Shown here: piece after piece, positions 17,285-26,631 of the stretch
How the letters are laid out: each line of letters opens with the position of its first letter
Position numbering within the stretch: the first letter of the stretch is position 1
DNA from: Nanopusillaceae archaeon
GTDB lineage: Archaea; Nanobdellota; Nanobdellia; Nanobdellales; Nanobdellaceae
NCBI GenBank assembly: GCA_049974095.1
Contig: JBMFJD010000005.1
Span: forward strand, 29,189-61,188
Reading direction: 5' to 3'
Length of the DNA: 32,000 nucleotides
Program-made: the position numbers and the translations under genes
The notes under the pieces: generated by a model
Databases searched by the model: none
Seen by the model: the letters and a program-made list of their open reading frames with translations, nothing else
Told to the model about the DNA's origin: nothing

Positions 17285-19843
17285 ATGTGGCATTCTCTGG
17301 ATATTGAAGAAGTAATGAAAAAATTAAATACATCTATTAATGGTTTATCTGATGAAGAAGCAAAAAAAAGATTAAAAATATATGGAGAAAACAAATTAAA
17401 AATAAAGAAAAAAAGTATTATTGAATTACTTTTTGAATATATATCAAATCCATTTTTATTATTATTTTTATTTGCAGATATATTATCTTTTATATTCCAG
17501 GGATTATTAGAAGGGTCATTTATATCTTTTTTCTTAGTTACATATATATTATTTGATTATTTTCATGAAAAAAGATCTGAAAAAATAATAGAATCATTAG
17601 AAAGGGATATTGAAAAAAATGTATTAGTAATAAGAAATAAGGAACAAAAATATATAAAATCTTCAGAACTTGTACCTGGAGATATTATAATATTAAGATA
17701 TGGTGAAAGAGTTCCAGCAGATATTAGAATAATAAATTCGATAGATCTAGAAGTTGATGAAAGTTCTTTGACTGGAGAATCTACTCCCGCAAGAAAAACA
17801 TCAGAAAAACTACCAAAAAATATCCCAATAAAAGAGAGAAAAAATATGTTATTTCAGAATACATATATAATAAAGGGATTAGCAATTGGTGTTGTTGTAG
17901 AAACTGGTAGCAATACATATTATGGAAGATTATATAAAACTATAGAAAAAGAGAAGGAAGAAAAAACATTATTACAGGAAGAATTAAATAAATTCTCTAA
18001 ATATATTATAATTATTTTAACAATAATAATATTCTTTTCTTTTTTAATTATTTATTTTAAACATGAATTATCTTTATATCAACTAATAATTTTTATAATT
18101 GCATTAGCAATCGTTATAATTCCAGAAGGTTTACCAACAGCTTTAGTATTAATATACAATCTAAGTACAAATAAATTGGAAAAAAAGAAAATATATTTAA
18201 AGAATCCAAATTTAATGGAAGATATTGGAAATATAGATGTTGCTATATTAGATAAAACTGGTACATTAACTTATAACAAACTTCTGATATATGGATTTTT
18301 ATATAATGGTAAAATATACAAAATAAAATATAAGAAAAAAAATCTAGAAATTTATAGAAATAATAAAAAAATAAATATAAAAGAGATAAGAGATTTTATT
18401 TTGTTTTCATTTAACTCAATAGAAGATTACTATACAATAAATCTAGAAAAAAATATTGGAGATCCAATAAATTTATCCATATATAGATTAGGAAAATATT
18501 TAAATTTCAATAAATTCTTAGAAAAAATATCAATAAATTATTTTGATCCATATAGAAAAAGATCTTCTGTAATAGTAAAATATAATGAAAAAAAATATAG
18601 TATAGTAAAAGGATCTATAAATTCTATTCTTTCAATTTCAAAATATATATTAATAAATAATAGAAAAGAGAAAATAGAAAAATATAAAGAAAAAATAAAA
18701 AATATAATAAAAAAATATAGCGAAAGAGGATATAAGATAATTGGAGTTGGTATAAAAGAACTAAATAATGATGAAGATCCTGAGAAAGATATAACATTAT
18801 TTGGATTAATATTTATAAAAGATAAAATAAGAAAGGGTGTAAAAGAATATTTAGAATTCTTGGAAGACATTGGAATTAAAATATATATAATAACTGGAGA
18901 TAATCACGAACATACAAAAAATATATTAAATCAGTTAAACTTAAATTATAAAATTATAGATGCTAATAAGATTAGAAAATTAAATGATAAAGAAATATAT
19001 GAGATATTAAAAGAATATAATGTAATTGTAGAAGCAGACCCTTATGATAAATATAGAATAATAAATATATTAAAAAGAAAAGGAAATAAAATATTATTTA
19101 TCGGAGATGGAGCAAATGATGCTATTGCTCTAAAATCTTCAAATATTGGTATTACATTTTACAATGCAACAGATATAGCAAAAGATTCTGCAAATGTAAT
19201 AATAATGGAAAAGGGCTTAGAACCAATAATAGAATTAATAAAAGAAGGAAAAAGAGTTTTATATAATTTAAAAGTTTATATTGTTGTAATTTTATCGGAA
19301 CTTATAGGAATATTCATATTTATTTCTTTCGGTTTTATGATATATAGTTCAATTTTCTTACAAGCTTTACAACTTTTGCTTTTAAATCTTGTTATTGAAA
19401 CAATTAATTCTCTATTTATGAATTCTGCAGATATTAAAGATAAAAATGTACTTAAAGAAAAAAGAATTAAAATATTTGATAAAAAAACAATCTATGGCAT
19501 AATTAGAAATTCTATCTTTATAGGAATATCATCTTTAATTGTTGCATTGGCAACATTTGATAACAGTTATATAATAATCTTGTTTTTAATATTTACACAG
19601 GCAATACTTTATATACACTATGAGAATATATTTAAATTAGAAATTACAAAAACAAGAGAATATTATCTATCAATATTTTTATCTGTTGTAATAACCTCAA
19701 TATTTTTATTACCATATTTAAGAAATATAATACAATTTTTATTACCAACAATAATAGATTTCGCTGTATTAATAGTTGTTAGTTTATACTTTTACACTTT
19801 ATATAAAATATTAGAAAAAATAGAAGGAATCAGTGGTATCTGA
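17285..19843 (+). CDS. P-type cation-transporting ATPase (type II/III, PEGLP class)
   Basis: Cation_ATPase_N-like start (GLSDEEAKKRLKIYGENKL), TGES, the transmembrane motif IPEGLP, the phosphorylation site DKTGTLT, TGDN, and the hinge GDGANDAIALK. 852 aa. Confidence 0.9.
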   Translation: MWHSLDIEEVMKKLNTSINGLSDEEAKKRLKIYGENKLKIKKKSIIELLFEYISNPFLLLFLFADILSFIFQGLLEGSFISFFLVTYILFDYFHEKRSEKIIESLERDIEKNVLVIRNKEQKYIKSSELVPGDIIILRYGERVPADIRIINSIDLEVDESSLTGESTPARKTSEKLPKNIPIKERKNMLFQNTYIIKGLAIGVVVETGSNTYYGRLYKTIEKEKEEKTLLQEELNKFSKYIIIILTIIIFFSFLIIYFKHELSLYQLIIFIIALAIVIIPEGLPTALVLIYNLSTNKLEKKKIYLKNPNLMEDIGNIDVAILDKTGTLTYNKLLIYGFLYNGKIYKIKYKKKNLEIYRNNKKINIKEIRDFILFSFNSIEDYYTINLEKNIGDPINLSIYRLGKYLNFNKFLEKISINYFDPYRKRSSVIVKYNEKKYSIVKGSINSILSISKYILINNRKEKIEKYKEKIKNIIKKYSERGYKIIGVGIKELNNDEDPEKDITLFGLIFIKDKIRKGVKEYLEFLEDIGIKIYIITGDNHEHTKNILNQLNLNYKIIDANKIRKLNDKEIYEILKEYNVIVEADPYDKYRIINILKRKGNKILFIGDGANDAIALKSSNIGITFYNATDIAKDSANVIIMEKGLEPIIELIKEGKRVLYNLKVYIVVILSELIGIFIFISFGFMIYSSIFLQALQLLLLNLVIETINSLFMNSADIKDKNVLKEKRIKIFDKKTIYGIIRNSIFIGISSLIVALATFDNSYIIILFLIFTQAILYIHYENIFKLEITKTREYYLSIFLSVVITSIFLLPYLRNIIQFLLPTIIDFAVLIVVSLYFYTLYKILEKIEGISGI

Positions 19844-19880
19844 ACGTCATCATATTTCAGCTAACTCTGACCTTCATCAT
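19830..19880 (-). ncRNA. C/D box sRNA candidate (2'-O-methylation guide)
   Basis: Read on the minus strand. Box C AUGAUGA at 19880-19874, then guide AGGUCAGAGUUAG (13 nt). Box D' CUGA at 19860-19857, then spacer AAU. Box C' AUGAUGA at 19853-19847, then guide CGUUCAGAUACCA (13 nt). Box D CUGA at 19833-19830. All four boxes match the consensus perfectly. The 3' third is antisense to the last codons of the ATPase gene. Confidence 0.75.
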
Positions 19881-19909
19881 TTTAATATCTTTTTATAATA
19901 TATAATTTT

Positions 19910-21040
19910 ATGAATTTGGATAAAATCTCTTTAATATTTCCAATATATAAAAATGCTCCCTATCTTGAAGAAAATATTAGAAAAATATTAGAAGATGATT
20001 ATCCAAATAATTTAAAAGAGATAATTCTAACAGTTGATGCTCCAACAGAAGAATTTTTAAATAAATTAAAAGAAATAAAGGAAAAATATAAAAATAATAT
20101 AAAAATAATATTATCAAGAGAAAGAAGAGGAAAAGTATCTGCTATAAATGATGCTGTAAAATACTCAACAGGAAATATACTTATATTTTTTGATTCTGAT
20201 GCCATTATAGATTACATTAATATAAAGAAAGCAGTAGAAGAAATAAATAAATATGGAACAGTAGAATTTTATAAAGAAATTATTAGGAAAGGATGGATAA
20301 GTAAAATGATGCATATAGAATATTCCTTATATTTTGATGTTTTATCAAAAATATTAAATAGAGAAAAATTTTCTTTTGGATTAAATGGTGCCGCTTTTGG
20401 TACAAAGAGAGAAATATGGGAAAAAGTTGGGGGATATACTAAAGTATATGTTGAAGATTTAGATTTTGCATTAAAAGTACAAGAAGCAGGTAGCAAAATA
20501 TATGTATCAAAATCAATAATGATAAGAATAGAACCATTAAAAGATTTTAAATCATTAGTAGAACAAAAGAAAAGATGGGTTTTTGGAGTAGTAGAAACTT
20601 TATTAAATCATTTAGAATTTTTAATTAGGATTTTTATAGAACATCCAATAACAAGTATATTAATTATTTTACTTTTTTGGCTTCCATATATAATTTGGCT
20701 TTATATCTATATATTTGTTCCAATTTCCTTTCTTTATAGTTATTCAATAAAATTATATGAAACTCTAACAAACAATGTAAGTATAATATATTTATTGATT
20801 TTAAAGCCAATTTCCGTTTATAATTTCCTTTATAGTTTATATATTGTTGGAATCTATATATTAGTTACAACTTTATATGTTTATATTATAATTACAATAT
20901 CTAAAAGAAAAATATATAATCCATTATATTTTTTCTTATTTTCAATAATTTATATTACTTTATATGAAATACTTTTAATATATGTTCTATTATATTATGT
21001 TATATTTGAAAAAGCTCCAAAAATGAATTGGAAAGTATGA
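19910..21040 (+). CDS. Family-2 glycosyltransferase with C-terminal multi-TM domain (processive-synthase-like D,D,D,QxxRW signature)
   Basis: GT-A domain with ISLIFPIYKN, DSD (FFDSDA), VEDLDF and QKKRW. About 5 predicted TM helices follow (residues ~245-365). Confidence 0.75.
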   Translation: MNLDKISLIFPIYKNAPYLEENIRKILEDDYPNNLKEIILTVDAPTEEFLNKLKEIKEKYKNNIKIILSRERRGKVSAINDAVKYSTGNILIFFDSDAIIDYINIKKAVEEINKYGTVEFYKEIIRKGWISKMMHIEYSLYFDVLSKILNREKFSFGLNGAAFGTKREIWEKVGGYTKVYVEDLDFALKVQEAGSKIYVSKSIMIRIEPLKDFKSLVEQKKRWVFGVVETLLNHLEFLIRIFIEHPITSILIILLFWLPYIIWLYIYIFVPISFLYSYSIKLYETLTNNVSIIYLLILKPISVYNFLYSLYIVGIYILVTTLYVYIIITISKRKIYNPLYFFLFSIIYITLYEILLIYVLLYYVIFEKAPKMNWKV

Positions 21041-22017
21041 TGAAAATAATAATATTGGGAACATCATCATCATTTCCAACAAAAGAAAGAAATCATCCAG
21101 GAATATTTTTAAAATTTAAAGGTAGTGGAATTTTGTTTGATTGCGGAGAAAATATACAAAGACAATTAAGAATTGCAGGAGTATCTCCAACAGAAGTAAA
21201 TTATATTTTGATAACACATTGGCATGGAGATCATATTTTAGGATTACCAGGTATGTTATTTAGTCTATCAAATCTGGAGTATAGCAAAGACTTAAATATT
21301 ATATTACCGGAAGATAATATAGAAAATCTTAAAGAAATTATAGATGCTTTACAAATACCAATTAATTTTAAAATAAATATTATAAAGGCAAAAAATGGAC
21401 TAATTATTGATGAAAAAGATTTTCAAATTTATGGAATAGAAACAAAGCATTCTGTAAAATCTTTTTCTTACTATTTCTTAGAAAAAGAATATATAAAATT
21501 AGATAAAGAGTTATTAAAAAAATATAATATAAAAGATAAGGAAATAATAAAAAAATTAAAAAATGGAGAAAAAGTAAAAATAAATGAAAAAGAAATATCT
21601 TATGAAGATGTTGGATATATAAAAAAAGGAATAAAAATAACATATATAACAGACACTATGTTTTTTGATAAACTAATTGAATTTGCAAAGAATAGTACTA
21701 TATTAATATCAGAATCTACATATTTCTTTCAGGCAGATTTAGCAAAAAAGAGTATGCATATGGATTTTTTAGAAGCTAGGGAATTATTTAAAAAAAGCAA
21801 TAGCAAAATTTTGTTATTAACACATTTTAGCCAAAGATATGAAAAGGAAATGAATATTATCAAAAGAGATATTGAAGAAAAAAATGAAAATATATATATA
21901 ACAAATGACTTTGATCGAATAGAAATAAAAAAAGGAATTATTGAATTAAATTTATCTAATAAAATTATAAAATATAAATATGATGAAAAAACAGGTAATA
22001 TATCAGTACTCCAATAA
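21037..22017 (+). CDS. rnz: Ribonuclease Z (tRNA 3' endonuclease, metallo-beta-lactamase fold)
   Basis: ILGTSSSFPTKERNHPG, the His motif ITHWHGDHILGLPG, and C-terminal LTHFSQRY. The track start at 21028 is TTG. The ATG at 21037 gives the common ATGA start/stop overlap with the upstream gene. Confidence 0.85.
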   Translation: MMKIIILGTSSSFPTKERNHPGIFLKFKGSGILFDCGENIQRQLRIAGVSPTEVNYILITHWHGDHILGLPGMLFSLSNLEYSKDLNIILPEDNIENLKEIIDALQIPINFKINIIKAKNGLIIDEKDFQIYGIETKHSVKSFSYYFLEKEYIKLDKELLKKYNIKDKEIIKKLKNGEKVKINEKEISYEDVGYIKKGIKITYITDTMFFDKLIEFAKNSTILISESTYFFQADLAKKSMHMDFLEARELFKKSNSKILLLTHFSQRYEKEMNIIKRDIEEKNENIYITNDFDRIEIKKGIIELNLSNKIIKYKYDEKTGNISVLQ

Positions 22018-22446
22018 TTTCTTTAGCTCTTCTTTTAATTCTTCTAATTCCTTAGATATCTCATCTAATTCCTCCTTTACTTTTTTGTTATTTCCATTTT
22101 CTTCTTTCTTATTTTCTTTTTTTATTCTTTTTTTACTTTTTTCTTCATCTATTACCTCCTTTATTTCAACATATTTTTCTTCTACTTTATTTTCTTCTTT
22201 TATTTCTTTTAAAACATCTTCTAAACCTTCAATATCTGGTAATTCTTCCAATAATGAATTTATAATATCTTTTACTTCTCCTATCTTTTTCTCTATTTCA
22301 TTTAATTTATTAATTTTCTCATCATGATTCTTTATTTCCTCAAGTATCCTATATAACAATAGATATATATTCTTTTTTCCTTCCTTTAGTTCATTAACTA
22401 TATCACTTCCTGTTTTTATTTCAATATATAATTCGTTTTCCGCCAT
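22003..22446 (-). CDS. E/K-rich coiled-coil protein, unknown function
   Basis: 147 aa with heptad-like E/K/L/I repeats through most of its length. The ATG lies 4 nt after the tRNA-Gly 3' end. The opposite-strand ORF 21980..22327 (S/F-rich) looks like its shadow. Confidence 0.55.
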   Translation of the reverse strand: MAENELYIEIKTGSDIVNELKEGKKNIYLLLYRILEEIKNHDEKINKLNEIEKKIGEVKDIINSLLEELPDIEGLEDVLKEIKEENKVEEKYVEIKEVIDEEKSKKRIKKENKKEENGNNKKVKEELDEISKELEELKEELKKLLEY

Positions 22447-22450
22447 CTTA

Positions 22451-22521
22451 TGCGCCGGCCGGGACTCGAACCCGGGTCATAGGCTAGGCAGGCCTACGTC
22501 CTACCACTAGACTACCGGCGC
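22451..22521 (-). tRNA. tRNA-Gly (anticodon GCC)
   Basis: Hand-folded, 71 nt. Acceptor GCGCCGG/CCGGCGC with discriminator A. D arm GUCU/GGAC. Anticodon stem UAGGC/GCCUA with loop CUGCCUA. T arm CCGGG-UUCGAGU-CCCGG. No CCA and no intron. Confidence 0.95.
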
Positions 22522-22560
22522 TCTTTCTTTTTTCTATATTATATTGTTCCATTTTTAAAT

Positions 22561-23145
22561 TTACCTGAATATTTCTAATATGCCATTAACATTCTTCCTT
22601 GATTCTTCCAATTTTTCCTTCAAATTCTTTAACTCCTCTAATTTTTTATCTTCATTTTCCTTAACTTCTCCTAACATCATTTCTACTTCTGCTAATTTAT
22701 CCTTTAATTGCACTAATAATTCTCTTACCTTCTTATAATCTTCTACCTTTACTAATAATTCCTTTTTAATTTCTTTTTCTTCCTTTAATTTTCTTTTTGG
22801 TTTTTCTTCAACTTTTTTAGTTCTTAACTTCAATTGTTCTTGTGGTTGTGGTAATATTGCTGGTGGAGGTGGTAATTGTTGTTGTAATTGAGGTTGTAAT
22901 TGCTGTGAAGATTGCTGCTGTAATGGTTGTGCCATTCCAAATTGCATATTTCCAAAATTTTGCTGATTACTACCAAATAAATTGTTTATATCATTAGCAT
23001 TAGTTTTTTGGCTATTTAACTGATCATATTGATTTTCATTTCCTAATAGCGAATTCACTTCTCCTAGTTCATTCTTCAAATTATTTAAATCACTAAATAA
23101 ATCTGTTTCTTTTTTATTTTTACTCTTCAAGAAACCAAACACCAT
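22561..23145 (-). CDS. Protein with Q/N/P-rich low-complexity centre and C-terminal coiled coil, unknown function
   Basis: 194 aa. N-terminus MVFGFLKSK. Centre ..QQNFGNMQFGMAQPLQQQSSQQLQPQLQQQLPPPPAILPQPQEQ... The C-terminal ~90 aa are E/K/L-rich heptads. Confidence 0.55.
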   Translation of the reverse strand: MVFGFLKSKNKKETDLFSDLNNLKNELGEVNSLLGNENQYDQLNSQKTNANDINNLFGSNQQNFGNMQFGMAQPLQQQSSQQLQPQLQQQLPPPPAILPQPQEQLKLRTKKVEEKPKRKLKEEKEIKKELLVKVEDYKKVRELLVQLKDKLAEVEMMLGEVKENEDKKLEELKNLKEKLEESRKNVNGILEIFR

Positions 23146-23184
23146 ACTATATATAAAAAGTTTGTAATATATAAAATTTACACA

Positions 23185-25974
23185 TTAGTAAAAAATAATA
23201 GCTGGCTTATATGGGAAGGCTCTAGATTTCTTTTCTTCATTAGATTCCTCTTCTTTCTCTACTATAATATTATTTAAATTAAATTCTGATTTGAAGAAAT
23301 CAATAGAAGATTTAATTATGTTATATTCTTTCTCTTGATCCATAAATTTATCCAATATATGCTGATTTTTCTTCAAAAATATTAATATATTTCTAAATTG
23401 AGGATATTTATTTATATATTCATCTATTTTTTCTCTATTATTTTTAATTTCTTCAAATAATTTATATTTTTCTCTACTTGCTATAATAATCTTTAAATTT
23501 TTTACTTCTTTATTTCCTAGCAAAATTTTTACTTTTATTATATCATCTCTAATATTTCTTATAAATTCTTCATATTTTTCATATTCTTCCGTATATTCTT
23601 CTTTAGGATATTTTATATTTAATAGATCTTTTCCTATCTTTTCTAATATTTCTGAAGATAAATGTGGTATTATTGGATATAAAGCAATTGTTTTATATTC
23701 TATAAATTTATTTAATAATTTTTTATTTGGTTTATTTAATGTTCTTCTCATATACCACTCGAAAGAATTATCTAATTCGTATATTTTATTTATTACATTC
23801 ATATAATCTAAATTATCATATTCTTTACTTATTTCACTCATTATTTTATTTATTTTATTATCAAACCACTTATCTATATCATTCTCCTCTCTTTCTTCTC
23901 CTTCCTTATTGTATTTCTCTATACAGAATTCATAAAAATCATTTAGATATTTTAATATAGATTTTATTTTATTAAAATCTATTTTTATATCATCATATGA
24001 AGAATTTGATAGTGATGCTATTAAGAATCTTATTAAATCTACTGGATATTTTTCAGCAGCTTCTTTTAATGTTACATAATTTCCTAGAGATTTAGACATC
24101 TTTCTTCCTTGAACATCTGTAACAAATCCATTAATACTTATTCCTCTTGGCCAATATTTTTTGTCAAATATAGCTACATGATGAAATATAAAGAAAGATA
24201 AATGATTTGGAATTAGATCTTTTCCAGAATTCCTTAAATCTAATGGATACCAATATTCAAATTCCTTTTTCATTTCTTTAATAATTTCTCCATATTTTTT
24301 TATTAATTCTTCTTCATTTCCCTTATTTAAAAATATATAATCAAATAAATCATCTTCTATTTTATTTGGATCTATATTTTTTATTAAATGAGCAATTGTA
24401 TAAAATGCCATATAAATTGTAGAATCTGATAATGATTCAATTATCCAATCTTTATCCCAAGGTAATGGGGTTCCTAATATGTTTTTATGAGTACATGCCC
24501 AATCCTTTAACCAATCTATTTTTTCATGAAAATCTTTTCTAGCAGTTTCTGGATAAAATTTCATATTATCAATACATTCATGAGTTAATTTTTTCCATTC
24601 AAGATCAGAATACTTCAAAAACCATTGATCTTTTATTATCTTTACAATACATTTATTTCCATATCTTGAAAAAAATCTTATGGGCAAAGTATAATGTAAT
24701 ATTGCAATTTTTTTATCTATTAATTCATTTGAAAATTCTTCCTTTACCTCATATATTTTTTTACCAGTATATTTACCATATATTTCTGATAAAATACTAT
24801 TATAATATTCTTCTGAATATAATTCTTGTGTTAATTCCTCTAATCTTTTATCTTTTTGATCTTTTATATTATTTTTTTCAACAAATTCTTTTGCAGGAAT
24901 ATCTTTAAATTTCTCATTTTTAAATAAAACTTTCATATTTTCCAAACATTTTTCTGCAATTTCTTTATATTCTGTTTTTAATAGATCTTTTAGTGCTATA
25001 TAATCATATGGAGCATGAGATGGAACAGACATTACAATACCAGTTCCTATTTCTGGATCAACAAATTCTGCATGTAATATTGGTACTTTTTCATTATTAA
25101 CAGGATTTATTGCTTCTTTTAATAATAATTCTTTTATATCTATTTCCTTTATTTTTTCTATATTATGATTTTGATTTTTTATTTCTTCTACTATAATTGT
25201 ATCAGGCAATATCCAATATTCATTATCTACTTTATATATAGAATACTTTGCATTAGGATTTATCCAAATGTTAGTTACTCCATAAATGGTTTCTGGTCTT
25301 AATGTAAATGCTGGTAATATATATTCATTAAATTTAAATTTAATTATATATCCTTCTATTGGTCCTATTCCGGCATATTCATCTGATCTATCATGATCTC
25401 CAATAGGATTATTTACTTTTGGATCCCAAACAATTGGATGCTCTCCTTTTGTTACCAATCCTTTATCATATAGTTTTCTATATTGCCATTCAATAAATTT
25501 ATTATACCATGGATTTACTTTTGACGTTGTAAAAGTTCTTCTCCAATCTATAGAATATCCCATTTTCTTTAATGTTTTTACTGCAATATCTGCAAAATAC
25601 AATGCCCAACCTTCTGGAGTTCTCAATTTATCAAAATCTGATTCAGAAACTCCTTCAGATTTTAAATCTTCTATTATTTTTTTATCTCCTTCATTTAATC
25701 TCATAACTTTTGAAACAATTGGAGAACCAGTAATATGAAATCCCATTGGAAATAGAACATTATATCCTTTTAATCTTTTATATCTAGCATAAAAGTCTAT
25801 TCTAGAAAAAGTTAATCCATGTCCCATATGTAATAATCCACTCATATATGGATAAGGAGCTGTAACAAAGATTTTTTCTTTTGAATAATCTGCATTTACT
25901 TCATATATCTTTTTTTCTTCCCAGATTTTTTGCCATTTCTCTTCAATATTCCTAAATAATTCCTCAATTTCCAT
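23185..25974 (-). CDS. leuS: Leucine--tRNA ligase (archaeal type)
   Basis: TAPYPYMSGLLHMGHGLTFSRIDFYARYKRLKGYNVLFPMGFHITGSPI is the archaeal LeuRS signature. KMSKS is present. 929 aa. Confidence 0.92.
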   Translation of the reverse strand: MEIEELFRNIEEKWQKIWEEKKIYEVNADYSKEKIFVTAPYPYMSGLLHMGHGLTFSRIDFYARYKRLKGYNVLFPMGFHITGSPIVSKVMRLNEGDKKIIEDLKSEGVSESDFDKLRTPEGWALYFADIAVKTLKKMGYSIDWRRTFTTSKVNPWYNKFIEWQYRKLYDKGLVTKGEHPIVWDPKVNNPIGDHDRSDEYAGIGPIEGYIIKFKFNEYILPAFTLRPETIYGVTNIWINPNAKYSIYKVDNEYWILPDTIIVEEIKNQNHNIEKIKEIDIKELLLKEAINPVNNEKVPILHAEFVDPEIGTGIVMSVPSHAPYDYIALKDLLKTEYKEIAEKCLENMKVLFKNEKFKDIPAKEFVEKNNIKDQKDKRLEELTQELYSEEYYNSILSEIYGKYTGKKIYEVKEEFSNELIDKKIAILHYTLPIRFFSRYGNKCIVKIIKDQWFLKYSDLEWKKLTHECIDNMKFYPETARKDFHEKIDWLKDWACTHKNILGTPLPWDKDWIIESLSDSTIYMAFYTIAHLIKNIDPNKIEDDLFDYIFLNKGNEEELIKKYGEIIKEMKKEFEYWYPLDLRNSGKDLIPNHLSFFIFHHVAIFDKKYWPRGISINGFVTDVQGRKMSKSLGNYVTLKEAAEKYPVDLIRFLIASLSNSSYDDIKIDFNKIKSILKYLNDFYEFCIEKYNKEGEEREENDIDKWFDNKINKIMSEISKEYDNLDYMNVINKIYELDNSFEWYMRRTLNKPNKKLLNKFIEYKTIALYPIIPHLSSEILEKIGKDLLNIKYPKEEYTEEYEKYEEFIRNIRDDIIKVKILLGNKEVKNLKIIIASREKYKLFEEIKNNREKIDEYINKYPQFRNILIFLKKNQHILDKFMDQEKEYNIIKSSIDFFKSEFNLNNIIVEKEEESNEEKKSRAFPYKPAIIFY

Positions 25975-26025
25975 TAATATATAGAGAATAAAAGATTTAA
26001 AAGATGTTTGTTTAGTAAATAAAAA

Positions 26026-26631
26026 ATGGCATATAATAAAAAATATGCTGAATGGAATAGAAAAGTATGGTTAGAAATTATTGCTCCTTCTCCAATATTT
26101 AATGAAATGAAGATTGGAGAGACACTTATATATAAGGATAAAATTGAAAATGCAATTGGAAGAACTGTTGATTTAAATTTGGCATTTTTATTAGGAAACT
26201 TTAAATATCAGAACTATAAGGCGATATTTAAGATAAATAAAATATCTGGATTAAAAGCATATACTGAAGTAAGAGAAATAATGTTATATCCTGCATATGT
26301 AAGAAGATTAGTTAGAAGGGGGACATCAAAAATAGAAGATTCTTTTATTATAAAAACCAATGATGGATTTGATATAAAAATAAAACCTTTAGTTATTACA
26401 AGATTTAAAGCACACAGATCTCAAAAAACAGAAATAAGAAAAGCATATAGGAAATATTTGGAAGAAAAAATACCTACATTAAAATATTATGAATTAATAG
26501 AGAAAATAATTAATTATGATTTACAAAATGAAATTAAACCTGTTTTAAATAAAATATTTCCTGTAGCAAATGTAGAAATTAGGAGATTAACATTATTAAC
26601 TCCTATGGTACAAACAATAGAAAATAAATAA
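26026..26631 (+). CDS. rps3ae: 30S ribosomal protein S3Ae (eS1)
   Basis: N-terminal RKVWLEIIAPSPIFNEMKIGETL matches the S3Ae KKWYxIxAPxxF..IGET pattern. 201 aa. Confidence 0.8.
   Translation: MAYNKKYAEWNRKVWLEIIAPSPIFNEMKIGETLIYKDKIENAIGRTVDLNLAFLLGNFKYQNYKAIFKINKISGLKAYTEVREIMLYPAYVRRLVRRGTSKIEDSFIIKTNDGFDIKIKPLVITRFKAHRSQKTEIRKAYRKYLEEKIPTLKYYELIEKIINYDLQNEIKPVLNKIFPVANVEIRRLTLLTPMVQTIENK

Noticed and set aside
18768-18783. Other ATGATGA and CTGA co-occurrences that might be C/D box sRNAs. These include 18768-18783 (5-nt spacing), 21036-21042, 21976-21982, 5930-5972 and minus-strand sites at 22321-22327 and 23993-23999.
   Set aside because: All lie inside well-supported coding regions. 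They lack the C - ~12 nt - D' - C' - ~12 nt - D arrangement, with either the wrong spacing or no matching D and C' boxes.
22860-22930. Repetitive TTGTAATTG / GGTGG DNA as a non-coding tandem repeat or recombination hotspot.
   Set aside because: It lies in frame within the 194-aa ORF and encodes the Q/P-rich tract. It is treated as coding low-complexity sequence, not as an independent repeat feature.
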